Part shown: one piece after another, positions 13,236-25,782 of the stretch | Position numbering within the stretch: position 1 is the first letter of the stretch | Layout: each line of letters opens with the position of its first letter | From: Octopus vulgaris | Lineage: Eukaryota | Reading direction: 5' to 3' | Assembly: GCA_951406725.2 (NCBI GenBank) | Contig: OX597816.1 | Location: 135,346,001-135,410,000 of the forward strand | DNA length: 64,000 nucleotides | The notes under the pieces: generated by a model | The model's database searches: none | The model's input: only the letters and a program-made list of their open reading frames with translations | Told to the model about the DNA's origin: nothing | Position numbers and translations under genes: made by a program

Positions 13236-14384
13236 AATTCTAGACCCTGTCGTGACATACGGGCTGTTGAAAAGCCACAGAGGATGTTGAATTACTGAAA
13301 GTTAATTCTTGCTGTCTTAATTATCTATGATTATTAGGGTGTTACATTTTATACACTGCTCAGTTTAATATCAACCACCTGGTCCTGGGGTGCCTTCATC
13401 GCAGTTTATTCGATTGCAGATAATGAAAATAGCCATCTGTCTCCTTGTTTACATATTTCAGTCTTAAACGTCTGTCAGTGCAGGCATTGACAGATGTTTC
13501 AAATTAAGTATCAGTCTCACCAGTTTGGAAGGATTTGTAAAGATCATATGGACTGACCTTCCGCTTCTGTATAACTTATTGAAAAAAAAAAACAACTAAT
13601 AAAAATAATTGTTACTTTCATAAAGTTAATAGGTCAGTTATGGTAACGGTTTAAAACAAAACAAAATCAATGATTTTGAGGTCTTAATTCTCAATAAACG
13701 TAACATTTTATAATTGTAAAATCTCTCGATATTTTCTTGTGTCTTATTCATTTTATTTGTTCAGTGAATAAGTTCAGTTGAAGGAAATGAAATGTTTTCT
13801 TCAGTTTCCAGTCATCATACGCCATAAAGATGTGTTCAGAAAACTGCTGCTGTGGTTGCTATTGTTACTGTAGGGTTTTGTGGGTTCGTGAGGTAAAACT
13901 GCTGACTATGTAAATTCTTCTCCAATATTGTCGTTGTTAATTCAAGAACCAGTCTAGACGTTTAAATATAGTTACCGTTTTTTCATCAATAACCAATATA
14001 CTTGATACACAAACAGTAGTCCGACAGTTACAGCAGCAACAGCAGTAGTTTTTCAGAATTTATGCTTGATCATTGGAGTGGTAAAACTTCTAACACTGGC
14101 ACTGAGCCACACTTTTGGGAGGAGGGGTTATTCAATTTGAATCAATTCCAGTACTTGATGAGTAAATTTTTGTTTTTTATTTTATCGATCTCGGAAAGAT
14201 GAAAGGCAGAATTAATTTCGGTGGTATTTGAACTCAACGAAAAAAGCTGGAAAAACTACTGCAAGGCTTTTTGTCCACCTGTATAAAGATTCTGCAAAAT
14301 AGCCTTTTACAGCGGTTGGTAACTAGAAACTGAAGAAAAAATTTCATCCATCTTCGTAATATTACTTTGAGAAATCATGAACAT

Positions 14385-14760
14385 TGTGGCTGCGTGGTAA
14401 GAAGCTTGCTTCCCAACCACATGGTTCCGGGTTCAGTCCTACTGCGTGGGCTGTGGTACTACTATAACCTCTGGCCGACCAAAGCCTTGTGAGTAGATTT
14501 GGTAGGCGGAAACTAAAAGAAGCCCGTCGTATATATATATATATATATGTGTGTGTATGCCTTTGTGTCTGTGTTTGTCCCCCACTACTGCTTGACAATC
14601 GGTATTGGTGTGTTTATGTCTCCGTAATTTAGCGGTTCGGCAAAAGAGATCGAGAGAATAAGTACCAGGTTTTTAAAAAAGGACTGGGATTGATTGATTC
14701 GACTAAAAAATTCTTCAAAGCGATATCCAGCATGGCCATAGTTTAATGACTGAAACAATG
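14385..14760 (+). mobile_element. SINE family B
   Basis: TGTGGCTGCGTGGTAAGAAGCTTGCTTCCCAACCACATGGTTCCGGGTTCAGTCC..GAAGCCCGTCG..ATGACTGAAAC. Confidence 0.9.
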
Positions 14761-15119
14761 AAGCCGTCTACTATGTAATTGATATATCATTGCTGTTGAC
14801 ATATTCCGGCATGCCGAGTTCATGACCTAAATTCGATTCTTGATGGTCGAAGCCCTCTCTGTTCATTTATGGTGCATTCGGAAATATTTCTGCCCAAGAA
14901 AAATTTCGATCTGTTTTTCTTTTTTCTCTCTCAAAGCTTTCTTTTTGTCACTCCAAATCTGTTGCCTACTTTAAGACCACTACTTCACACTTAAGTAGAG
15001 CCTACTATGTTGTAAGCATTCGGGTCAGGTCTCCGGTTGGTGGATAACTCTATGGTTTCTAAAGAGTCCCTCCCTAAAAATGGACACGGCCACTGTCCTT
15101 TCCCTCTGTCTAATAATGA

Positions 15120-15255
15120 TAATAATCCTTTCTACTATAGGCACAAGGCCTGAAATTGAGGGGAGGGGATAGTCAATTACATCGACTCAGCTGGTACTTA
15201 ATTTATCGACCCCGAATGAATGAAAGGCAAAGTCGACCTCGGCGGAATTTGAACT
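15120..15255 (-). mobile_element. SINE family A 3' half (short tail)
   Basis: AATCCTTTCTACTATAGGCACAAGGCCTGAAATT..GGCAAAGTCGACCTCGGCGGAATTTGAACT. Confidence 0.85.
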
Positions 15256-15938
15256 AATAATAATAATAATAATAATAATAATATGACTTTTAAGCTAACT
15301 CCTGCGGAGGGCTAATTGGGCCTACGGCCCAAAACTAGCGAGAGCTAGATAGCATGACTATAATACGTTTATAATGACTATATACCACGATTGTATTTGA
15401 TTAGAGGTTAAGGAAGGATGAGAATTAATTCTGTAATGCAATCATTCTAGTGTTCCAGTACCAAGTTGAATTCCAACTGTTGCCAATTTGTCCCAAAGTT
15501 TTTATCTCGACGTAAAATTAACGAATCCAATACCATTTATCTCCCCCTTGATCTTTGACGTCATCTGACAAACGCCAACCAAGATGGCGTGAATCAGCCA
15601 AGCTTTACCTGCTAGAAATAGCAACCCAAATGCCTTTAAATCAGATCCTAATGCTGGTTGTTCAAGAACCAAATGATTTTTAATCCGGAGATCATCCTGA
15701 TTTCAAAAAAGGTATGTCTACGTAGATTTCAAATATGTCTATATAAAGCGAATATAGACTGAGGTCCTGTGTCCCAGACGGACAGACAGAATTTCCCTTT
15801 TATTATTATATATGTTATAATTACTAAGACAAAAAAAATACGACAGTTAAGCATATAAAGAATCACTAACAGAAATACGCATATGCATACTTTTGTTATT
15901 ATATTGATTCGAGAACAAGAGCTGCTTGCTCTTCTGCT

Positions 15939-16200
15939 TCATCTTGGCGCCTTTGTGTTGCTCTCTCTTTGGATATCTCTCCTTTGTACAATTAGGTGCT
16001 CCGTTTCATTTTGACGTCTTCGAGCCTGTCTTCTTGCGTTCTGCGCTCGTCTCTCTTGTCTCACTTCTTGTGATTGATTTAATAACCTTAATGTATTATT
16101 TAATCTTCTTGCGTCCAGTTCTTCCTGAGTGAGACTGGCTGTTCTTCGTCTTTGTCTCTCTCTGGCTAACCGTCGCCTTCTGTCTGATCCATTCTCCAAA
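15939..16200 (-). pseudogene. Arg/Gln/Glu-rich helical repeat remnant resembling the N-terminal (STPR-like) repeats of Helitron proteins
   Basis: RRRRLARERQRRRTASLTQEELDARRL..QSQEVRQERRAQNARRQARRRQNETEH..; a Helitron-like 5' end (ATATAATAATAAAAGGGAAATTCTGTCTGTCCGTCTG) lies nearby on the same strand around 15770-15812. Confidence 0.45.
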
Positions 16201-16854
16201 GTAGGTGGATGAGTATATTTAATGCAACAGAACATAAACTTCAAAACAAATGAGTATGTATGTGTATGTGTGTGCGTGTGTGTGTATGTTAGTTTGTTTA
16301 TATTTCTATACGTAACCATACAAAGTCCAAAATTACTCAGGATTACTACATTAACGGCATACACAGAGAGACTTATTTTTTTCTTCCAGCAACGTCTACA
16401 CGTTCTCTATCTCTGTTTTTTTGTCTGTCTCTCTCTTTCTCACACACTCTTTACCGCCTGAAATGGGAAAAGATCTTGGTGACAAACTTCACCGCCTTGG
16501 CAAAATTCTTCATTCATAAATATTTACAAACATCACTGCAGGGACAAGTATTTGTAAATATTTATAATTACCTTCCTTTTATATTTAACTTTCTTTAAAC
16601 AGACAATATTATCAAGCTTTCGTTCAATAGACAATATTTTCATTTTATAACTTGAAAATTACTATTTATTTACTTATCTTATCTTCTATTAACTTTGCAA
16701 CTTTTTAAGCAGAAAAATCTTTCAGAACAAGCATCCATAGAGATACTGAGAAAATAATTTTGAGGTGCAAAAATCTTATTTACTTATCTTATATATTGTT
16801 ATTAATGTTTACCAGAAAAAAAATCAGCATTCATCGAATAAAAATGAAAATGTT

Positions 16855-16910
<56 letters not shown>

Positions 16911-16995
16911 GGACGGACAGAGGGAGGGAGAGACAGACAGACAGAAATAGAGAGAGAGAGTGAGTGAAAGATAGAGAGAGTGTGTGTGCATCTGT

Positions 16996-17121
<126 letters not shown>

Positions 17122-18199
17122 TGAGAGAAAGAGAGAGAGAGAAAGGCAGTGTTCATCAATTAAGTGTTTGATGCTACTTCCTCTCTCATTGTTATTACCA
17201 TTTTGTCTCTTCCTTTTTTTACTCTTACTGACACTGCTAGTTCTTTATTGCGTGATTTTAGACAAACTTACAAACAAGCTCATAATTATAATAGATGTCA
17301 TACCTCTGTTGCTGATAGTGTAAATTACAAGTTTGGAATTCTCCATATCTCACAGCAACCGAACTTGATAAAGTTTATGAACTACACTGAACAAATTTTT
17401 ATGGAAGATGACTACCTCTGGTCACTTTGAATTGTAGGGTTTTAGTACAATGACCGTTTTACTATATTTTCAAGAAACCATTCGGAAGAGGCGTCTGCCT
17501 TCATGAGTGATGACAACCACAATTCCGTTTGCAATTAATGAGGCATTAAGTATTAACAACACCCCCACTTCTTTATATCCGGATCTTTCACTACGGATGT
17601 AATTGTCGTGACCTTTGCCTATTTCCTTCAAAGAAATCATGTTTTGAAATCACATACTGCCTAAAAATTCATATTACTAATATGTATATTTAATCATTGA
17701 TGTGCTTCACACATATTCACATGATTTCTTGTGTCCAGACATATACAGACATACAAATACATATACAAAATGTGGCTGAATCGATTGATGAATAACCGGT
17801 TATTAATACCTCTATTTAGACCTCTGTGTATGTGTACGTGTGTGTATGTGTGTGTGTGTGTGTGTGTGCGCGCGCAAGATGACATGTATAGACATGGTGA
17901 TTAAGCATCGCAATTATTCTTTGTATAAATCGAATTCAATTTAAGATTGACTCGATTGCGAATCAATTTTCCATTGAGCTTCCTATAACTATGTCCCGAC
18001 AGATTAGTAAGCAAGCATCAGCTTTATGTCCTCTTGCACTACTCAACACAATGGGTTCCATTAATAAGCAAAGTGGAGGGGTGAATATTATCAATGTGTC
18101 TAAACAATGAATACTAAAGCTCCAGTTAATTTTGTAGCCATCGGTAGTTTTTATGTATGTATGTATGTATGTATGTATGTATGTATGTATGTATGTATG

Positions 18200-18261
<62 letters not shown>

Positions 18262-18295
18262 ATGCACCTAAAAACTGAAAACAATATATATAAAT

Positions 18296-19427
18296 CGAGG
18301 TGTAGTAAAAAAGTACCCGACTTTGGGCAAAAAAAAACAATATTAAAAAACTCACTTTTTTTTATTTAGTCTCCTTCAAAGTATTCGCCTTGGAAGTCTA
18401 CACTAGTGCTTCTCAAACTATCTGAGGTGGCGTACCGGGCAGTTTTTTTTCCCCCAATGTTCCAGGGACAGGTCATATTTCTTAATAATATTATTTTATA
18501 CTGGAAATAATATGTATAATGAATATAATAAAAGTCAACAATTTTTTTATCTTATATTTATTTTGTAAACAAATAATATACTATTACATAAGCATTTTAT
18601 AATGTTTCTTTTCTGGAAACTTGCCGCGTACCGGTAGCTGATTGCTTGTGGACTGGCACCGGTCTGCGGACCACCACACTTCTGCCAACGTTCCTGTCAC
18701 TGCTGGAAACATTTCTAGAAACCACTTTTTGGGATGCTGTAGAGCTGTACCGTCGAATTTTTCTTAATGTCCTCTGTTGACTCAAATCTTCACCCTTTGA
18801 GTGATCTTTTTTTGAGCTTTGAGAATAGCCAAAAGCCACACGGAGCCAAGTCTGGGGAGTAGAAAGTCTGATGAACAAGTGGTGGGTTTTTTCTTGACGA
18901 GGAATGCTGGGACGACGTGAGCAGAATGAACTGACTGAACTGACCTATGGCTGACTCCAGCTTCGGCAACAATCTCTTCAATAGTCACACACGGTCTTTA
19001 TAGACTATTCCTCGAACTTTTGCAATCATTTCTGCTAGTCGATGGTCTACTAGTTTCTGCTTGTCAATGGTCTGCCACAAGGTGGCTCACTGTCCATTGA
19101 GGTGCGGCCATCTTTGCACCGGCTGTACCACTCCTTTATTTGTGTTTTTCCCATAGCATCATCTCCAAAGGCCTTCTCGATAGTCCGGACTTGCGTATTA
19201 CCAAATTTTTGGCAGAATTTGATACAGTATCTTTGCTTAATGCACTCGGTCATCTTGACTCAAAAAGAAAAATCACACACTTCACGTCTGTACTCAACGC
19301 GTCACTGCAGGCGAATGGTGCAACCTCCCGACATGAAAATTTTTGCGCATGCTCAGGAAGGACGCAACCACCTAATACCAATGCAGATTTTGCTCATCAA
19401 GGTCGGATACTTTTTGACTACACCTCG
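18296..19427 (-). mobile_element. Mariner transposon with decayed, internally deleted transposase
   Basis: TIRs CGAGGTGTAGTAAAAAAGTACCCGAC / GTCGGATACTTTTTGACTACACCTCG|TA; peptides QRYCIKFC..AFGDDAMGKTQIKEWYSR..GRP, MTIEEIVAEAGVS, YSPDLAPCGFWLFSKLK, and GEYFEGD* at the end. Confidence 0.92.
18404..18681. mobile_element. hAT (Charlie-like) MITE nested in the mariner; right TIR lost
   Basis: Starts TAGTGCTTCTCAAACT right after GTCTACAC; ends CCGGTCTGCGGACCACCACACTT, after which mariner coding sequence resumes. Confidence 0.72.
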
Positions 19428-19846
19428 TATATGTGTGTGTGTGTGTATCAAATCCCTGTAGCACAAAGGATAACACGCTGGACGTATACTCCAGAGATCG
19501 TAGATTCAAACCACCACTCTAGATGAGATGTAATACTTTTAGAAGTATTCTCATGACATTCAGTTGTCCCTCGAGTGAATACTCGTTTTTTCTTGTTTAT
19601 TGGAGATCGGTTATTTTAATAAGTGGTGTGTAAAAACATTCATTATGACAACTTTTTATATAGCCGCAGGCGTGGCTGTTTGATAAGAAGTTGGCTTCCT
19701 AACCTCATGATTCCTGGTTTAGTCCTACTGTGTGGCACCTTGGGCATGTGTCTTCTGATTTTCTATGCTTTCGGACTAACCAAAGCTTTGTAAGTGGATT
19801 TGGTAAACAGTAACTGGATGAGGCCCGTCGTATGTATGCATATATA

Positions 19847-20624
19847 TGTAACGGCTGAAGATTAGTTTGTATCGGTTGAAATTGTTTTGTAACGGTAAGC
19901 TGTAAGAAGTGAAAGATGAACAACGCATGAAGTTTTAAGGAAATATTCATTTTTACCCGTTACATTATACAATACCTTACCTCGATGAGCAAGTGATAAA
20001 ATCGTAAAGCATGCGAAGTAAAGATAGATATAGATTTTCCTTGCAAAGTTTGTGTTTGTGTTCTCGTCATTGTTTAGTAGTAATTACAGAGAGAGATAGA
20101 ATGATGTTGTAAGAGAACAGAATTAGAGCTAGTGAGAGTGAGAGAGTGTGGGACGTTGTTTTTCTTTTTCCCTCTGGCCGTTTGTCTGCCTGCTTCCATG
20201 ATTCTAGTGGTCGGTTCACTAACTGATGTTAGCTCTCTCTCTCGACTCAAGTATTGTCACCAAAGTGACTGACTGGTTGAGTTGTCACCAAGTGACCACT
20301 GGTTGAGTCATCACCAAGTGACCACTGATTTTTGCTTGGGGGTTCTTGCTTTTATAACTATCCAGAAGGATAGACATATGTGTGAGAAAAATGGATTTAG
20401 TTGATGGACTTATCTTAATCCTAACTTTTTGTGGTTTAGAAGAGGTTAGAAAGGGTCAAGTGGTGAGACATTATTTCGGCCTAGCTAAGGCATCTGGAAA
20501 ATGTAAAACTGTTGTCAAAAAAAAATAAACATTGTTCCACCGTGAGAAATGTTCTGTTGAAGTGTTAAATTTAAATTTGGCTATGGTGGATCGAATCCAC
20601 TTCATACTTGGAAGATTCGCTACA
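19847..20624. mobile_element. Solo LTR (778 bp), probably Gypsy-type
   Basis: TGTAACG...CGCTACA inverted termini with TG..CA, flanked by TATA on both sides; internal ~26-bp tandem repeats (20255-20328) and TATA/AATAAA-like motifs. Confidence 0.7.
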
Positions 20625-20641
20625 TATATATATATATATAT

Positions 20642-20804
20642 ATTTTTTCATAACGTTTTCAAATAGCCAGATAACCGAAGAGATGGTGTTGTGGATTTCC
20701 ACTTCGGCATCTGAAACTCAGAGTTTTATCTTGACTACCGAGTAATGTAACATATTGTATATATATATATATATATATATCTTGACTACCGAGTAATGTA
20801 ACAT

Positions 20805-20856
<52 letters not shown>

Positions 20857-20895
20857 ATGTTACATTACTCGGTAGTCAAGATAAAACTCTTGACT
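20642..20895 (+). mobile_element. Penelope-like element terminus with partial direct and inverted repeats in (TA)n
   Basis: TATCTTGACTACCGAGTAATGTAACATATTG at 20727-20757 and 20778-20808, inverted at 20853-20890; hammerhead-like motif at 20669-20731. Confidence 0.65.
20669..20731 (+). ncRNA. Type I hammerhead ribozyme-like motif (variant core)
   Basis: AGATAA-CCGAAGA-[GATG..GTGG ATTT CCAC..CATC]T-GAAA-CTCAGAG-TT-TTATCT: stem I 6 bp, long stem II, palindromic stem III; core has U4->C. Confidence 0.55.
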
Positions 20896-20910
20896 ATGTA
20901 TGTATGTATG

Positions 20911-20941
<31 letters not shown>

Positions 20942-20954
20942 GTATATGTGTGTG

Positions 20955-21005
<51 letters not shown>

Positions 21006-21016
21006 ATATATATATG

Positions 21017-21061
<45 letters not shown>

Positions 21062-22054
21062 ATGTATATGTATATGTATATACCTGTTTGTGTTTGTCCC
21101 TCTCCTACTGATTGATGCGTTTACGTCCCCGTAACTTAGCGGTTCGGCTTAAGAGTCCGATATAATGAGTACCAGGCTAAAAAGAAATAATAAGTACTGG
21201 AGTCGATTAGCTTGATCAAAATTCTTTTAGGCGGTGGCCCAGCATGGCCACAATCTAATAACTGAAACAAATGAGTTATATATATATATATATACGAAAC
21301 CACGGGATCTATAGGCCACCACCTATAACATATATACACATGTATATGTCTGTACACATATATGTTGCATATATTTAATCGGTAGAAGTGCAGAAGTTAC
21401 AAACTGAATGGACAGCCGAGAGTTTCGTACATTGGTACTTAGTTCCTGTTTGTATCACCAAACCGACATTCATATGTACTTATAAATATGAGCGTGGGAA
21501 CAATGATATATAACTAGCAAACCATTAGTTGAATACTTAATCCAATGTTAGTTCTTAAGTATGATCTTAGTATTTTTGGAGATACTTGAAATACTGGAGA
21601 GCCAGATGAGTAGCTATTATTTTGATCTAAATAAAAAGAGACCCTCTCACTACTTTTTCCCTCTTGAAGGCCACATTCATAAATGCATACATGAAAATGC
21701 ACACGCGCATGACTCTTTAACTGGCTTTAGTCAATGGATTATAGAATGTTGGGGCAACGTACATTTTGAAAACATCTCACAGAGTGACGACCGTGATCTG
21801 AATAGTTACGAGCTGTCCATTGGCAAGGCATAGCACCCGTTCAGCCATCCAGGATATGGCGAAGTCACGGGACTGCGGCATGGTGGATTGTGAAGAGGTG
21901 GGTGAAGAACTAACCCCAACCAACAATGCTTGTTGCATTGATGCCAAGCAGAGGAAGCCGAGGTCATCGATCAGGATCCCCAAGCTCTATTAAGAGAATA
22001 ACAGTAATGCACCCGTAGGGGCGGCACTCATGGTTGCGTAATCAGCTAACGAAA

Positions 22055-22400
22055 GATGGTTCCGGGTTCAGTCCCACTGCGTGGCACCTTAGGCAAGTGT
22101 CTTCTACTCTAGCCCCGGGCCGACCAAAACCTTGTGAATGGACTTGGTAGACGGAAAATGACAGAAGCTCGTCGTATGTGAGTGGGAGCGTGTACGCATG
22201 TGTGTCTTGGTGTTTGTTCTCACTACCACTTGACAACCGGTGTTGGTTTGTTTACATTCCCGTAACTTAGCAGTTCGGCAAAAAATCACGATAGAATAAG
22301 TACCAAGTTTTACTGAGGTCGATCTGGTCAATAAAAATTCTTCCAATGAGATACCCCAGCATAGCCGTTGTCTTATGACCGAAACGAGTAAAAGATAAAA
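22055..22400 (+). mobile_element. SINE family B (5' end clipped)
   Basis: ATGGTTCCGGGTTCAGTCCCACTGCGTGGCACCTTAGGCAAGTGTCTTC..GAAACGAGTAAAAGATAAAAGA. Confidence 0.88.
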
Positions 22401-22539
22401 GACACATACATATATATATATTAATACAAGGTGATGGAATGAATAGACTTTATTCCAAATCTCTAAATCACAACAGTTGTTTCTGTGCATCAGAGTTAGC
22501 TGGTGAATGTTGAACGTTACACATATACAAATAATTGTA

Positions 22540-22632
22540 TTGGGTTGTCCGGAAAGTTCGTGCCGATTTATAGTAGCTTATCTTTCGACTTATTTTAGAA
22601 CATGGTTGAGTCCATAAAATAGGATTTGACTA
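22540..22632. mobile_element. Mariner terminal fragment
   Basis: TA|TTGGGTTGTCCGGAAAGTTCGTGCCGATTT resembles a mariner TIR; other end absent. Confidence 0.5.
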
Positions 22633-22639
22633 CACGCGC

Positions 22640-22835
22640 GCGAGCAGGCAGAACCGTTAAACACGCCGGGCAAAATACTTTATGGCATTTCGTCTGTCTG
22701 TGTGTTTTGAGCTCAAATTTCGCCGAGGTCGATTTTGCCTCTCATCCTTTCGGGAACACTGGAGTCGATGGAGACACTGGCAACTTACCTCATATCCCGA
22801 ACTTGGTGGCCTTGTGCTATAATTCGAAACCAATA
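22640..22835 (+). mobile_element. SINE family A
   Basis: GCGAGCAGGCAGAACCGTTA..CGCCGAGGTCGATTTTGCCTCTCATCCTTTCGGG. Confidence 0.82.
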
Positions 22836-22966
22836 TTATGTGTGCGTGTGTATGAATTTTTTGTTTGTTCTTTTGTCGTGCTACTGTCTAACTTTTGAAA
22901 CACACACACACATATATATCATGCCGGACAAAATGTTTAGCAGCATTTCGTCCGTCTCTAGGTTTT

Positions 22967-23120
22967 GGCGCAGGTGTGGCTGTGTTGTAAGAAGCTTGCT
23001 TCTCAACCACATCGTTCCGAGTTCAGTCCCACTGGACAAGTGTCTTCTACTATAAACTCGGGCCGACCAAAAGCCTCGTGGGTGGATTTGATAGACGGAA
23101 ACTGAAAGAAGCCCGTCGTA

Positions 23121-23184
<64 letters not shown>

Positions 23185-23397
23185 TTTGTATGCGTGTCTG
23201 CCCACCCCATCATCACTTGACAACCGATGTTGGTGTGTTTACGTCCCTGTAACATAGCTGTTCGACAAAAGAGACCGACAGATTAAGTACTAGGCTTAGA
23301 AATAATAAGTCCTAGGATCGATTTCTTCAACTAAATGCGGCGCTCCAGCAAGGCCGCAGTCATATGACTGAAAAAAAAAGTAAAAGAATAAAAGAAT
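22967..23397 (+). mobile_element. SINE family B, near full length
   Basis: GGCGCAGGTGTGGCTGTGTTGTAAGAAGCTTGC head, internal (TG)/(TA), tail ATGACTGAAA..GTAAAAGAATAAAAGAATA. Confidence 0.9.
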
Positions 23398-24318
23398 ATA
23401 TATAAGATAAATTTAACCACGCACCAACTGAAGCATCTAAGTGAATATTTTTCTTCAGTTGCATTACAATAAACGCTTGTTGCTTGGAGAATAAAGCCAA
23501 AACAAAACAAAACGCTAGCTTTACTAAATACTTCGAAATATATGTCGATCTTAGAAAATAAATGTTACGAAGCGATATAATCTTCTTGACTGACATTTTT
23601 ATCAACATTTGTGCTAAAGTACAGCAAAGTTCAGTTCTAAGCGTTTGTCTCTGCCGATAACATACAAGATGTTTAGTATTTGGTGAAGTAAAATTTCTGT
23701 TTACATTATGTTTCGCTGGAACACTATTTGTTCAAACTAAATTTAACGTTAAACGTATTTCAAGAATTGCTTCTTTTTATTTAGTTATTCATTTTATTTT
23801 ATTTTGCTCCGAACATTTTCTAAAACAACTCTCTGTGATGTATATTTATTAATTTCTGTGAAATATTCACATTTTGTTTATTTTGAAGGGTTTTTTTTTC
23901 TTCTTTATTTGATCATTTGAATTTGTTTAGTCTTAAAAACTATGTTTAAATTGCAATGGACGTCTGAAATTCTAATTCCTTTCTTCTTGCTGCAAATATG
24001 TGGGCATAATGCTCAAATAAGAATACTATTTGTTACGCTAACGATCTAAGTGAATGGCAAGCTTCCGAAATGCAGAATTGGCCGAGTCAATTTCCATTCC
24101 TGATTAACCGTTTACTTTCACTGATTCCTTTAATGCATTTGGGAGAGATACTACCATTTCAAACTTACCTTGTAAAACACGGTCCATTGTGTGAGGATTA
24201 TGAAGCCAATATATATATATACACATGTCAATGCATGTTGTAGAAAATATCGATAAAGGTCGAAATGGCATGATACTCAAGTTGCGAGACAAAGTTCCAG
24301 TTTTAATTAAAAAAAAGA

Positions 24319-24426
<108 letters not shown>

Positions 24427-24598
24427 TTATGTTTTGTGATCTATTATTAAAACCTGATATCCTCCACCATCCTGCTGAAGGATAACATGTGGTAGCCAAA
24501 TAACGACATGAGAGCCCTTAAATGCACGTTATGCGGTTTTCACCCGAATTATACTAAATCTCTCTCTTTCTCTCTCTCATATATACATACATAAATAC

Positions 24599-24682
<84 letters not shown>

Positions 24683-25461
24683 TCTTCAGTGAGGTCAATT
24701 AAGTAACTCACCATAAAACAGTTTTCTACTTGGTTATAAATAAAATTTACTTTTAACGTTTTCAGCTCCATGCATAATGAAACCAAGAAAATTACAATAA
24801 ATCCTTTGATACCCACCTTTTTTTAGTAGACCGCACAAAGAATTTATATTTACAAGAACTGTGTGACTGTATTTGTGCTTCTATTTTAGTTTTCAGACTA
24901 AAGCTGCGTTAGTCACAACAATAATACAACATTTCGACAACATAAATGAAAAAAAAAATAAAGCTTTGTAAAACAATAGTTATTGACATACTATTGATAT
25001 TTGGAAAAATAACTCAATATTAATTAATCTATGATTATCAAAAAGGCAGATGTTAGCTACAGGTTCTGTTTTATATCTTGGTCAGCAAGTTGTTGACCAA
25101 AGAGACCGAGCAGCTCGACAACTAACCAGTCAGATGTATTTCCGTAAATAAGTTGCGAGACGTAATATGTACACAATAGGCGCCTTTTGGTGAGAGCTCA
25201 GCTATATATATACATTTCTCCCTCTCTCTTTCTTTATCTACCTCTCTCTTTTTCTATATCCTCCACCTCTCTTTCTCTATTTCCTTCTCTGTTTATCTAT
25301 TCCCCTCTATCTTTCTCGTATTTACTCTCTTTTTATATATTATATATTTGCTACATATGCATATCTAGTCTTACGAGGTGAAACACAATCCTTCCGGCGA
25401 TTTTCTCCTAGTTTACGTAACATATTGTGTTCGCGCGCGCACGTTTGTGCCTAGGTATGTA

Positions 25462-25579
<118 letters not shown>

Positions 25580-25782
25580 TGTAGGACTACGTTGTCCAAA
25601 GTGTCCTTGATTATAGTCGGTAGGATGTGATCTGGTTCCTAATAAATAATAAGTCGAGCGACCGCGTAGAGGCTTTCAATCGTTGGTTCGAAGTAAACTT
25701 GGTTGTTAGCCTCAACTCAGCTCTGGCCGAACAGACTCATGATGAACCATATTTACCACGTCTTTTAGTGTATCTGGAATTA

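Larger units (their letters stand above)
19667..21275 (+). mobile_element. SINE family B split by insertions into its internal microsatellite (head 19667-19830, tail ~21085-21275)
   Basis: Head ends GGCCCGTCGTATG; tail resumes TGTTTGTCCC..TTTACGTCCCCGTAACTTAGCGGTTCGGC..ACTGAAAC. Confidence 0.8.
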
